Positions 26,263 through 40,600 of a stretch of 64,000 nt of DNA are shown piece after piece (the stretch's first letter is position 1; the number at the start of each line of letters is the position of its first letter). The stretch lies in the NCBI GenBank assembly GCA_002269645.1, contig NIVC01000356.1:186001-250000 (forward strand), read 5' to 3'. The notes below the pieces were generated by a model. It was given only the letters and a program-made list of their open reading frames with translations. It ran no database searches and had not been told where the DNA came from. The DNA is from Macrostomum lignano (lineage: Eukaryota). Made by a program: the position numbers and the translations under genes.

Positions 26263-28640
26263 GCTGAGAATGACCAGGAGTTAAAATTTGCCCATTATTA
26301 AAGCTTGATTAGAAAAATCTGACATATTTGCAACAGGATGTCCATAGTCACCTGGTGTAATCTGTTGAAGGTGCCGACGGCGTCGAGGTGATGACGGAAT
26401 GCTTGAGAGACTGGCTGAGGATTTTCAGCAGTTGAGGCTTGCCCACTGTCGAGGCTTGATCAGCGAAACTAAAGAAATTCTTATCAAGGTGTTTATAGTC
26501 ACCTGGTGCCACATGTTGAAGGTCCAGAAGCTCCGTCTCGGGGAAGGCCAGTGACTAACGACGTCAGAGTTGATACAGACACATGTGGTCGATGTGCTGA
26601 TGAAATTTGGAGGCTTGGCAAGACTGCACTGAGGCGCAGTGCTGATTGGCGCACAGGATGTATTGAATACATGTACATTAGCGCTTATGGGAAAAATCCG
26701 ACCTTCTGGCAGAATCGTCGAATATCTCGACGGTCCGGAGGGCTGGCGACTTTATTCTTGTTTGCGAAGGTGTACGCGACAAAAAATTAGCCCGTGTTAA
26801 AGCAGTTGTGGTGCGTGGTTGTGGAAGAAATATAATCCTTAGCGGGGCGTTTTGTGAATTTAATAAATGCTTGAAGGGACAAGGGCTTACATGTACGATC
26901 ATGTACTGTATAGGAGTAGAAAACTTTGAATTCGAATTTAAATTCGAAGTTGAACCTTACCTTTCAATATGGGTTTTAAAGTTGACTGCACTAGCATGAA
27001 ATGTATAAAAATTACAAATAATTTAACAGTTCTCTACCAACCCCAACCATACATATATGTCAAGGACAACTATATAGAAGCATGCGTACAGCTGATATAC
27101 TGCTAGTGCGGTCCTTGATGGTACCATGTACACACTAAAACAGAGTTTTAGATGGATCGAGCTATGGCAATGCCAACTCAGTGTTTGTGAGGCGTGCAAT
27201 TGCCCCTTGTCCCTGGGGGTTCTGCTGCCGCTTTGTACATGGTGTGTACAAACAGTGCACATGATGCATATATGCATACATAAAGGAGTCACATTTGGAG
27301 GTTGGTTCTTTTGCAATTTTTTTAAATGCCAAATCATCCAGACAGCAACTACTGTACGGTATACATACGGTATTTAAGTAGCTACGGCTAGTTCGGCAAA
27401 TCATGCATGTATAGCATATTTTATTCAAGGACGACTAAAGTAATATATATTACTTTATATATATTAAAGTAAATATCCTTGATTACATTGACTATGTACG
27501 GTTACTATGGGGGTTCAGTACCCCCATACATATCAAATCATACATATCAAAAATGTAATGATACATTTTTAGACTACTTAGATAAATTTTAGATAGTAAT
27601 GTACTTACGATGTATGATTACATTACATTGATTGCATTACATAAAGTCCTTGATTACATTACAATAGAATTTTTTACTTCCGTGAGTTAACATGTTTCAA
27701 TATACTCGTACATGTACAATCTGCCGACGTACATCTATGTATGTACATCCAAGGACCACTAGGAACACTTCGATTTTAAATTTGAATTTCAAGTCTAGTA
27801 GGATAGTCCTTGTGTACATCATGATTAATTGAAAACAAAGCTTGATAAAAAACAGTTAAAAAGTTGAATAAAAAACGTGCTAGCGAATCCATTGAGGGTA
27901 TAAAAAACGAAGCTTATAATCATAAGCTTAAATGATCAATTTTCCTCTTGCTACGATTTGTTACCAGCTATCCTTCTCTACGATGATTACGTAAAACTTT
28001 AGAGTTTATAAAAATATAACAAAAAACCCAAGGAGAAGAATTTTTTATGCAGAAATATTGTTATTTGACAGTAAACGATTAAAATAAACAGATTTTAAAT
28101 TTGAGACATGAAAATATTGTTAAACAACCGCCTTTTTCCGGACGCCAGTAATATTTTTAACATTCAGCAATGGTAAAACATTTTCTATTTATCGGTATCG
28201 GTATCTATGCGTATGTATGTCTTACTATTGCTGTCGTGTCAATGACCATTGCAATGAATATCAGTGTCTAAAAACAGTAGTAAGCAATGGCTTCTAAATC
28301 AAATATTTAAGCCTAACACAAATTGCAGAAAATTTGTTTATATTGATCTTTAGTGCTTGCCATTGTTGAATATATGAGAATGTTTAAACACAAAAGTTGA
28401 AGACAGGGAAGACTCCCATAGGCCATACCTCTAGCCTGAGTGATATTAAGTAAAGCAGCAGGTTTTACTTGTGATATAGTATACAGCCACGCAGATTACA
28501 CGCTTTTCAAGTATGGCTTTGACTGGGGCTTAACTTGTAACTGTAAGCTACTCTGCCTACTTTAAGAAAATCATATTCCTTTTTGAATTTTCCTTCCATA
28601 TTAGCCATTAGTATTGGTCCATTTAGCAGATCACAAAACT

Positions 28641-31600
28641 ATGTCTGACATAAATACAGCAAGGAGTTCATTTGACCATGCAGGCTTTGAAAAGTTTATG
28701 AATGCAGTAAGTACAGCTTTTTAAATACCTTTGGGCCTTTGGCTTTATAATTAAAACAAAATGAATAAATTCGTAATTATTGTCTATGACTATGCTATAA
28801 ATGAATCATGTGATAATCGTAATATTTATTTATTTTATGCACTATTTGAAATAAAAAATTTTTTTGGCTTTGCAATAGTTTTAATTCATATTTATTTCCT
28901 TGAACTTTAAAGCTTCTTTAAGCTATTTCCATTTGCATTGAAACTTGAAAATAAAAACATTCATCCTAATTTCACCCTATTTAGCCATGCCATGTGCAGG
29001 GGGGCCATAGCCCAGCGGTAGCGCAGCTGCTCTGGTGTGCCAGCGACCCAGGCTCGATTCTAAGTGCAGTCACATTAATTTGGGGCTGAATTGGAATCTT
29101 GGCTTGGCTCTGCTTGTGCAATTAATGGCCTTGAGAGCCAATCCCCCAAGGCGCAGTGAAGTGTACATGCCTAACAATAATATAAAGTTAGGGCTGCTGT
29201 ATACTCCTGTGTGAGTATGTGCCTGCGTACGTATCTGCGCGCTTGTATGCCTGCTCAGGGGAGTTGGCGGAATGGGCAGTAATGCCTCTCGCCGGTTGTG
29301 TGCCAATGTCGCTTAAAGTGCGCCAGGGTGCACACAACCCCCCTGCCTCTAATAAAAAATACCATGTGCACATATAATTGTAAATTTCCACCTCTTTAAG
29401 TTTTTCAGTCCCAAACCTAGGGACCCTTTCACAAAAGCTTTTAATATGCACTATGAAACTTGTAATATTTATTCATTTCTATTGGTTTACTAACATAAAT
29501 TATTTATAAAATCAATAGTGCCAATGGTATTTGAGGTCTTTTAAGCCTTAGTTATTGAGTAGCAAATATTACTAGATAAAGGAACTAGATATAAGAATTA
29601 AGCATTCCTCTAAATATATTTGTACCAATTATGTTCTATCTGAAAACCTCAATAGAGGCCTATCTATAACTTCTTAGGCCATTGTTATACTACTACCTAT
29701 AGCTTTACTGGCATTCTAGCTGATTTAACTAAATATAATAGGCATGCCTGAGTGCAACCTAGGGATTCACCTGTTGGTTAAATTGCTATCTAACCACTGA
29801 CACACATGCAAGTTGCTATTGGATAGAATAATAATAATCACATGAGTGCCATTAGCCAATAACTACTTATATGTGTATGTTACCAATAGAAATGGCTGGG
29901 TGATTCCAAAGGTTGCGCATGTATGATAATAGGTCTATTTGACTAATTTGAAAAATAGAATAAGAGGTAAATACTTTTAGGTTATAATTTTGATTTTTTA
30001 AATAATATTTTCTAAAACTTTATAATGTATATTATTATGCAAATGAAAAAAATGCCTAACATTTTCATTGCCAAACAAGGAATATATAGCAATTGGCTTT
30101 TAGGCTATACAAAATTTCCATATATCTATATCATACCTTTGAAATTTTCCTATAGTCTTATCATATATGCCTTTGTCCAATATGTTATCTATTAGTATAT
30201 ATTATCAATATGTACTGTTTCTATAATATATGTGTATATGTGTTTTGTTTTATTTGGTGTATATTTTATGTTGTGCAATAAAATGTATAGTGCAAAATAT
30301 AATAACATAATAATGCAATTAAAAAGTTCATTAATTTTTGTAGAAAAAAATCTATATAGGGATTTTTAATGATAAAAGCAAAACCATTTTATAAGAAAGA
30401 GCCATGTGCATGCATTTAAGTATTTCCTTTTTTTGAAATTTTATTTTTTGCTTTTGAAGCAAAATTAAGAAAAACCAGTTGCAATCCAATTTTCAAAATG
30501 ATTTTTGCTTTAATTGACTATTGAACAATATTTAGTTTGACCAAATCTATTATTTACTAGCAATTAGCTTATTGAATGAGTCATCAACTGACACAATAAC
30601 ATGTGTCTCTGAATGCCTCAATCATAAAACCCTGGGTATTAGTAACCCCCATTGAAAACGTTACTGTGACAAGAATCGTTAAAGAGTCATTGAAAACAAC
30701 CTGCTAGTGACTCTAGCGACTGTTGAGTCCACAAGCGCATCACGTGAGTTGTAGAATCGTTAAAGAGTCATTGAAAACAACCTACAAGTGACTCTAGCGA
30801 CTGTTGAGTCACAGGCGCATCACGTGAGTTGTAGAATCGTTAAAGAGTCATTGAAAACAACCTACTAGTGACTCTAGCGACTGTTGAGTCACAGGCGCAT
30901 CACGTGAGTTGTAGAATCGTTAAAGAGTCATTGAAAACAACCTACTAGTGACTCTAGCGACTGTTGAGTCACAGGCGCATCACGTGAGTTGTAGAATCGT
31001 TAAAGAGTCATTGAAAACAACCTACTAGTGACTCTAGCGACTGTTGAGTCACAGGCGCATCACGTGAGTTGTAGAATCGTTAAAGAGTCATTGAAAACAA
31101 CCTACTAGTGACTCTAGCGACTGTTGAGTCACAGGCGCATCACGTGAGTTGTAGAATCGTTAAAGAGTCATTGAAAACAACCTACTAGTGACTCTAGCGA
31201 CTGTTGAGTCCACAAGCGCATCACGTGAGTTGTAGAATCGTTAAAGAGTCATTGAAAACAACCTACTTGTGACTCTAGCGACTGTTGAGTCCACAAGCGC
31301 ATCACGTGAGTTGTAGAATCGTTAAAGAGTCATTGAAAACAACCTACTAGTGACTCTAGCGACTGTTGAGTCACAGGCGCATCACGTGAGTTGTAGAATC
31401 GTTAAAGAGTCATTGAAAACAACCTACTAGTGACTCTAGCGACTGTTGAGTCACAGGCGCATCACGTGAGTTGTAGAATCGTTAAAGAGTCATTGAAAAC
31501 AACCTACTAGTGACTCTAGCGACTGTTGAGTCCACAAGCGCATCACGTGAGTTGTAGAATCGTTAAAGAGTCATTGAAAACAACCTACTAGTGACTCTAG

Positions 31601-34600
31601 CGACTGTTGAGTCCACAAGCGCATCACGTGAGTTGTAGAATCGTTAAAGATTCGCGAAAAGTTGTTATGTGGGTGCTAACTTTCTAGTATCTAAAGTAGA
31701 CTTAATAGAGTTTTCATAAAGGCGAAACGCGACTCTAATTCATTTAAGTGACGCAGATGCGCTTTAGACGCAACTCAGTGATTCTACAGCGACTCAGTGG
31801 CATGTCTCAGATACAACTCTACAGACCCAGAGTCGTTCCAGAGTCGCAAACAATGAAACGCTTCAAATTGACTCTTAGTGACTCTTTGACAACTTTTTCG
31901 GCGATTTTTACCGCGACATCTCGTCGTTTTAGAGTCGTCTAGAGTCACTACTTTACTTATTCCATCGGGTAAATCGAATGATAATAAAATCTGCTAAAAT
32001 TCAAAACGAATCCTGAGCAGAGCTCCGACTCTCTGAGCGACCCGTCCTCGCCCCGGAAGAAGCCGGGCCGCCGCGTCCGAGCGGCCGGCGGTGGCTCCAA
32101 GAAGCAAGCCGCAGGCGGCAAGCGGGCCAAAGCTGAGGAGAAGCCGTGGTGGGACCAGGGCGGCGGCGGCGGCGGCGGCTTTGATGTCAACTCCAGCGGC
32201 GGCTCCTCCGAGGTGGCCCAATTGGGCACCGGTAAAAATTTCCTGCGACAGACTCGCGATCCGCCGCAGGTGAGACGGCCGGTGTGCATATTTGGTGTGT
32301 CAGCAGTTGGGGGGAGGGGCTTCTGCTCTCCGCCCATGTTATCCCGTGCAACTCCTGTCTACCCTGTGCTCTTATCCAATCCTGCCAATCCTGACCCTTC
32401 ATCTCAACTCCCATCAACCCTTCATCTCAACTCCCATCAACCCTTCATCTCAGCTCCCATCGATCCTTCATCTCAACTCCCATCGACCTTTCATCTCAAC
32501 TCCCATCAACCCTTCATCTCAACTCCCATCAACCCTTCATCTCAGCTCCCATCAACCCTTCATCTCAGCTCCCATCAACCCTTGACCCTTCATCTCAACT
32601 CCCATCAACCCTTCATCTCAACTTCTTTCACCCTGCAGGGCCAGGCCCCCCGCCTGGACGACACCCTGCAGCAGTCGGGCGTCGCCAGCATCGGCCGCGT
32701 GGAAGACAGCGACGATTTCGCATTAGAAGCCCAGGAGGACCCGCAGCAGAGATTGGGGCGCGCGCCAGTAGCGACTGACGACGACGAGCTCCGCCTGCAG
32801 CTCACCCGGAGCAGCCTCGGCGATTCGGAGACTCCGGCGGCTCCGCCGATGCGCGGCTACGCTGGCAACAGTCGAGACGCTGACGACCTGACCACGATGG
32901 ACACGGAGTCGGCGGCGGCGGCCGACCCTTCGGCCGGTGGTCTGGCCGGCTTCAAAGGCAAGCCGTCAATGCTATCGAAGGTGTCTCTGCTGGAGTCGCT
33001 CGATTCGTCGTCTCAGCAGCTTCAGCAGCCGAGCTCGGCGCAGCAGCCGCAGGAACAGCACCATGGCGACACGCTGCACAGTCAGACCGACATCAGCGCC
33101 GTCCGCGACGCCTACAAGCGCCGGCTGGACACCCTGGAGGAGTCCACCGACCAGCGACACAGCAAGGCTACCACAGGATTTTTTGCCTCTGGTTTGAACA
33201 GCCTGCCGAGCGATCAGATCCCGGAGCCTGGGCAGCAGCAGCAACAGCAGCAGCAACAGTCGGGGAATGTGGGGGGCGCCATGACGGCAACCGCTACTCA
33301 GTCATTTGGAATGCAGGTGAGTAATCTGAAAGCTGCCAGATTGAAAACCAGGATTGCCAACGCTCTGATGTGCCAGCGGCCCAGGCTCGATTCCAAGTGC
33401 AGCCACATTAATTTGGGGCTGAATTAGAAACTGGGCTTGGCTCTGCTCGTGCAGTTGACGCCATTGAGGCCCAACCCCCAATGCACAGTGAAGTGTACAT
33501 GCCTAACGATAAATAAAGTCAGGGCCGCTGTACACTCCTGTGTGAGTGAGTGTGTGCCTGTGCGTATGACTGCGTACGTATCCGCGCGCTTCTGTGCCTG
33601 CTCAAGGGAGTCAGCGGAATGGGCAGCAATGCCTCTCGCCGGTTGTGCGACAATGTCGCTTAAAGTGCGTCATGGTGCACACAGCTCCCCCAGTATTTTT
33701 TAAATCTAAATTCAATATAGACAGTTGCTATGGCAACCAGTATAAACTTCGGTATCCAATGCCGCACAATTTGCCAGGTAATCCGTCCTGCGAACAAAAC
33801 CGAGCAGAAGGAGATGAGCATCGACGATCTTCTGGCCGAGCACGACGAGGTGTTGACAGCTCGGCCAGACTCGCAGCGGCACCCCCAGCTCACCCCGTCG
33901 CCGCCTCCGTCTCCGCAGCAACAACAGCAGCAGCAGCCGCAGGCGGCCCAGCGTCGACACAGACAAGCAGCATTTGACGAAACAAAGATTGTAGCCAATC
34001 CCAAGGTGGTTCGACCGCCGCGAGCCCCGGCTGCTGCTGCTGCTGGGGATGCTCCGAAGAGGCCGCAGAAGCAGCAACAAAAGCCGGCTGCTGGCAAGAC
34101 AAAACAGCCGGCGGGGCCGCCGCCACAGGGTTTGAAATTTGGCCACGTGAAAAGCTCCGGTTACGGTAGGGGAGGCCAGGCCCAGCACCAGCGGCCTCAG
34201 TCTATGCCTGCTCAGGCTTCGCAACAGCAGCAACAACAGCAGCAGCAGCCGCAGAAGCAGAGACAGTCGCAGCAAGTGCAGCAACAACAACAGCAGTACC
34301 TCCGCGAAGAACTTGACGAATGGCGGGATCTGCTGCGCGCCGAGAAGGCTCACCGAGTTAAGCTCGAGTCCGACCTGCGCTTGATGGAGCTGGAGAGAGC
34401 CAAAGAGGCTGAGGCCGCTCGCCGGAAGCACGAACAGGAGGTGCAGCAGTTGAGGCAGGAGATCTGCACCCTGGAATCTCGGCTGGAGGTTGAGCCGCAG
34501 CAACAGCAGCAGCAACAGCAATCGGTGTGGCGACTAGTGAAGCAGCGACCTCTCGGCCCGGATGTCACCAGAGAGGAGGTGGACCAGCTGACCAATCAGA

Positions 34601-37600
34601 TGCGCGAGCAGGAGGAGCTGCTGGCCGGCTATCAGAAGGAGAATGAGAGGCTCTACGCTGAGCTGAAGTCGGCGAAGGCCTCTGGCAAGGGGCTGGCAGA
34701 TGCGCTCAGCGGTCAGAAGCTGCACCTGGAGCAGGTGGGTGGCGGCTACTCTGAGACTGGGTGGCCCCTATAAGTCTGAGAATCGCCTCATTAAGACTCT
34801 GAGAATCGCCCCATTAAGCCGCTGAGAATTGCCCCATTAAGCCACTGAGAATTGCCCCATTAAGCCGCTGAGAATTGCCCCATTAAGCCGCTGAGAATCG
34901 CCCCATTAAGCCACTGAGAATCGCCTCATTAAGCCACTGAGAATCGCCTCATTAAGCCACTGAGAATTGCCCCATTAAGCCGCTGAGAATTGCCCCATCA
35001 AGCCACTGAGAATTGCCCCATCAAGCCACTGAGAATTGCCCAATCAAGCCACTGAGAATTGCCCCATTAAGCCACTGAGAATCGCCTCATTAAGCCACTG
35101 AGAATCGCCCCATTCAGCCACTGAGAATCGCCCCATTAAGCCACTGAGAATCGCCTCATTAAGCCACTGAGAATCGCCTCATTAAGCCACTGAGAATCGC
35201 CTCATTAAGCCACTGAGAATTGCCCCATCAAGCCACTGAGAATCGCCCCATCAAGCCACTGAGAATCGCCCCATTAAGCCACTGAGAATCGCCCCATTAA
35301 GCCACTGAGAATCGCCCCATTAAGCCACTGAGAATCGCCTCATTAAGCCACTGAGAATCGCCCCATTAAGCCACTGAGAATCGCCTCATTAAGCCACTGA
35401 GAATCGCCTCATTAAGCCACTGAGAATTGCCCCATTAAGCCGCTGAGAATTGCCCCATTAAGCCACTGAGAATTGCCCCATTAAGCCTCTGAGAATTGCC
35501 CCATTAAGCCGCTGAGAATCGCCCCATTAAGCCACTGAGAATCGCCTCATTAAGCCACTGAGAATCGCCTCATTAAGCCACTGAGAATTGCCCCATTAAG
35601 CCGCTGAGAATTGCCCCATTAAGCCACTGAGAATTGCCCCATTAAGCCACTGAGAATCGCCTCATTAAGCCACTGAGAATCGCCTCATTAAGCCACTGAG
35701 AATCGCCTCATTAAGCCACTGAGAATCGCCCCATCAAGCCACTGAGAATTGCCCCATCAAGCCACTGAGAATTGCCCTATCAAGCCACTGAGAATTGCCC
35801 CATCAAGCCACTGATAATTGCCCCATCAAGCCACTGAGAATCGCCCCATTAAGCCACTGAGAATCGCCTCATTAAGCCACTGAGAATCGCCTCATTAAGC
35901 CACTGAGAATTGCCCCATTAAGCCGCTGAGAATTGCCCCATTAAGCCGCTGAGAATCGCCCCATTAAGCCACTGAGAATCGCCCCATTAAGCCACTGAGA
36001 ATCGCCCCATTAAGCCACTGAGAATTGCCCCATTAAGCCACTGAGAATCGCCTCATTAAGCCACTGAGAATCGCCCCATCAAGCCGCTGAGAATCGCCCC
36101 ATTAAGCCACTGAGAATCGCCCCATTAAGCCACTGAGAATCGCCCCATTAAGACTCTGAGAATCGCCTCATTAAGACTCTGAGAATCGCCTCATTAAGCC
36201 ACTGAGAATTGCCCCATCAAGCCACTGAGAATTGCCCCATCAAGCCACTGAGAATTGCCCCATCAAGCCACTGAGAATCGCCCCATCAAGCCACTGAGAA
36301 TCGCCCCATCAAGCCACTGAGAATCGCCCCATTAAGCCGCTGAGAATTGCCCCATCAAGCCACTGAGAATTGCCCCATCAAGCCACTGAGAATTGCCCCA
36401 TTAAGCCACTGAGAATCGCCTCATTAAGCCACTGAGAATCGCCCCATTAAGCCGCTGAGAATTGCCCCATTAAGCCACTGAGAATCGCCCCATTAAGCCA
36501 CTGAGAATTGCCCCATCAAGCCACTGAGAATTGCCCCATCAAGCCACTGAGAATTGCCCCATTAAGCCACTGAGAATCGCCTCATTAAGCCACTGAGAAT
36601 CGCCCCATTAAGCCACTGAGAATCGCCCCATTAAGCCACTGAGAATCGCCTCATTAAGCCACTGAGAATCGCCTCATTAAGACACTGAGAATCGCCTCAT
36701 TAAGCCACTGAGAATTGCCCCATCAAGCCACTGAGAATTGCCCCATCAAGCCACTGAGAATTTCCCTATTAAGCCACTGAGAATCGCCTCATTAAGCCAC
36801 TGAGAATCGCCCCATTAAGCCACTGAGAATCGCCCCATTAAGCCACTGAGAATCGCCTCATTAAGCCACTGAGAATCGCCTCATTAAGCCACTGAGAATT
36901 GCCCCATTAAGCCGCTGAGAATTGCCCCATTAAGCCGCTGAGAATCGCCCCATTAAGCCACTGAGAATCGCCTCATTAAGCCACTGAGAATCGCCTCATT
37001 AAGCCACTGAGAATTGCCCCATTAAGCCGCTGAGAATTGCCCCATTAAGCCACTGAGAATTGCCCCATTAAGCCGCTGAGAATTGCCCCATTAAGCCGCT
37101 GAGAATCGCCCCATTAAGCCACTGAGAATCGCCTCATTAAGCCACTGAGAATCGCCTCATTAAGCCACTGAGAATTGCCCCATTAAGCCGCTGAGAATTG
37201 CCCCATCAAGCCACTGAGAATTGCCCCTTAACTTAACTTAGCTGCAGGGCTGTCCCGGAGGGGACACAGCGGGAAGGCGCGGGCGCCCATTCCGCTAGTC
37301 CCTGAACGGCCGACGCGTCGCTATGGACGGAGGGTTGGCGCCGCCCAGGGAGGTCCCCCAGTGTCGCCAGCAGCTATGGTGCTCTCTGGAAAGGAGAGTT
37401 CAGCCCTGCGGGTGGCCCGAAGGTAGCGCATGAGCTGATTAAAGTTTTCGGGTTTGCACGCTTCAGTAATAGATGTGTGTGGCCCGAGGTAAGTGAGTCT
37501 GGCCGCGTGAAGGCGGGACAGATGCTGACGAAATGCTCAGCGGTTTCGTCACCTGAGTTGCAGAAACTACAGGTGGCGTTGGTGGCGTTGCCCTGCAGGT

Positions 37601-40600
37601 ACTGGTGCCTGGAGAAGCAGCCGTGACCAGAGAGGGTCATGGTGGCAGCCCGGATGTCTCTGCGCGAGAGGCGCAAGAGGAGCTTCCGGAGCTGGTGAGA
37701 GGGCTGAGGGACAGCGCCTCTGGATTGCCTGCAGTTCGTGCGGTTCGCCCAAGTCGAGCGGTGCTGAGTCCTGATCCACGCTTTGATGCGCGAGTCGATG
37801 ACACAGCCAGGAATCGGGACAAGAGGTTCGGGGCCGAGAGAGGAGCCGGAGGCACCAACTTTTGCAAGGGTGTCAGCCAACTCATTTCCTCGGATCCCCA
37901 CATGCCCCGGAACCCACTTAAGGGTAATTTTGTTGGCGGAACCCAACACATTGAGGAGTTTGATACAGTCAAGGACTGTAGCAGAGTTGGTGCTGCAGCC
38001 ACTGATGGCGTGCAAGGCAGCTTGGCTGTCCGAATGGAAAATGATGTTCTTACCAGTAACGCCAGTGGCGAGAAGCTCTGCAGTGCAGGAGCTGATGGCC
38101 AGAACTTCATTTTGGAAAACACTGGAGTTGACCCCAGTGTATTGAGCGTGGGTAGCGATGACCCTCCCGTTCAGAAAGATTCCAACACCAAAGCCGGTGT
38201 TGGCTGACTGCTTAGAACCGTCGGTGTAGCAATGAAGCTCACCAGGGTTCCAATGGTCATTGATGTTATCGCGCGAGTCGATAGCTACGGAGTAGCGCTG
38301 TCTCAGGTTGAGCGTTGAGGCAATGCCATCGGTGAAGACGCGATTGGCCTGACACTCGTTGAGAAAGTTGAGGCACAGATCGCTATGCGGGACAAGGTTC
38401 CGCTTAGCAGGTGCTCTCATGTAAATGAATTTGACGCCGGCATCAATTAGACGCCGCGTCGTTCTAGCCGCCTCACCCCTGATGAAGAGGTCAAGAGGCG
38501 GAAGATTAAGAAAGGCCCCCATGCCAGCAAAGGGCGTGGACCTGGTGGCGTTGCAGATGAGCCTACACGCTCTGCCTTGGATCGTGTTGAGCAGGTCTGC
38601 ATGGCTTTTGACCTGGGTAGCGCTAACCCAGACAACAGAGGCGTACGTAATGGCAGGTCTAACTACGGAAGTATAGATCCACCAAAGCCGCTTTGGGGAT
38701 AGACCCCAAGAAGTGCCAAGTGCTCGTCGGAGCTGGGCCAGGATGGCTGAGGCACGCTTAGCTTTTGCTTTCACGTGGAAGGACCAGTTGAGCCGGTGGT
38801 CAAGTGTGACCCCGAGACATCTGGTCTGGTGCGCGAAGGCAATATCTCTGCCGTAGAGCTGCAGAGGACGTATGTTCCAGCGTAGTCTGCTGGTAAACAT
38901 AATGGCAACGGTTTTGGGCTCAGAGAGTTCCAAACCATTGTCATTGGCCCAGGATTCTGCTTTGCGGATAAAGCTCTGCATCAGATCCCTGAGCGTGCTG
39001 GGAGACGGTCCTGCCACAATGGCCGTGACGTCATCAGCATACCCGACTTTGAAGACGGGGTCAGGTCGGGAGTCACTCAGAAGAGCGTCCATGACCAGGT
39101 TCCAGAGCGTCGGGGTGAGGACTCCGCCTTGGGGTCCACCCTTACAGACTCTGGTGGAGGCAGTTTGCCCAAGAAGTTGGGCAGTGACCGTACGGTTGGA
39201 GATCATGTACATGATCCACCGTATGAGGGTAGCATGAGCTTTGCGATTTTGAAGGGCCCTCTGAAACGCTTCAAAGATAACGTTGTCGAAGGCGCCAACA
39301 ATGTCAAGAAAGAGAGCCAGGGCGTAACCGTCACCCAGTACCGCCCGTTCAATCTTTTCGACAATCGCATGCAGGGCGCTGTCAGTCGACCTCCCGGTAC
39401 GGAAGGCGTGCTGATTATTGCTGAGGGGCATCGCTGTCAGCTCGCAGGAGAGCAGCCGCCAGAGAATAAGCCTCTCAGTGAGCTTAAGCATTGCTGACGT
39501 TAAGCTAATTGGCCGGAAGGCCTTGACGCTTTGGTAGTCACCCTTCCCAGGTTTGGGAATAAAGACTACTCGAGCTTCAGTCCAGCTTTTGGGAACGTAT
39601 CCCAGCTGGATAGAGGCCCGCATAAGATTGCGGGTGAGTCTCAGGAACGAGGGTATCTTGGCTGCTTCACGAAGGAGAACAGGGTAGATACCATCAGGTC
39701 CAGGAGATTTGAAGGGTTTGAAGGTTCTGACCGCACGAGCGATTAGGTCTTCAGTGACAATGCCCGCCGCTAGGGTGGCTCCATCCATCGAATGGTTGGG
39801 CTCCGGTCTAGCAGTAGGTACCCTCGGGAAGAATGTGCTAAGCATATGCTGAAGCACTTCTTCAGGGTCTTTAGTAAGAGAGCCATCATCTTTTTTGATC
39901 ATGGCTAATTTGGACATTTTGTCCATTGTAAGGGCCTTGACAAGCCTAGAAGTAGGTCTGTCTTGATCCAATTCATTGCAGAATTGGCGCCACTTACATT
40001 CCTTGGCCTTGCGCACTTCAGATTTGAAATTGCGGGAGGCTTGCCGGAAAAGCTCCATGTCCTCCGGGTTTCCGGTCTTCATGGCACGGCGATGAAGGCT
40101 TTTGGCCTTCCGCCTGAGTTTCCCCAGCTCCGGGTTCCACCACGGCGCCGAGGTCTTGCCTTTGTAGGCGCGAGCAGGACAAGCCGCTTCGTAGGCTTTA
40201 ATAATGCAACCTGTCAGCGTCTCAGCCATATGATCCACATCCTCGCAGGTCTCAATCGGACGTAAGTCCGTGAGTTCCTGCAGGTGCAGATCAAGGGCAG
40301 CCTTGTAGGCCGCCCAATCAGTGTTGCGGATATTGCGTCTCCAAGTGATCGGAGACTGGGTTTTAGTGTCCGCGATATTAAAGGCGATAAAGCAGTGGTC
40401 AGACAGGGAGGGCTCCTCAGACCAGACTCTCCACTCCTTGACTCTGTCAAAGAGTCTTGGGGTAACGAGTGTGGCGTCGAGGACCTCGGTCCATCTGCCA
40501 TTATTAAAGGTAGGAGTGCTGCCGCGGTTGCAGAGCATGAGGTTTGTGTTAGAGATGAGGGCCAGAAGCTCCTCTCCTCTAGTGTTGGTATCTTTGCTGC

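Noticed and set aside
28999-29075. tRNA gene
   Set aside because: A/B boxes are present, but the acceptor and T stems do not pair properly and the sequence continues into a dispersed SINE body with a TSD.
30673-31649. CRISPR-like appearance of regular repeats here and in other arrays
   Set aside because: Units are contiguous with no unique spacers, there are no cas genes, and the context is a eukaryotic intron.
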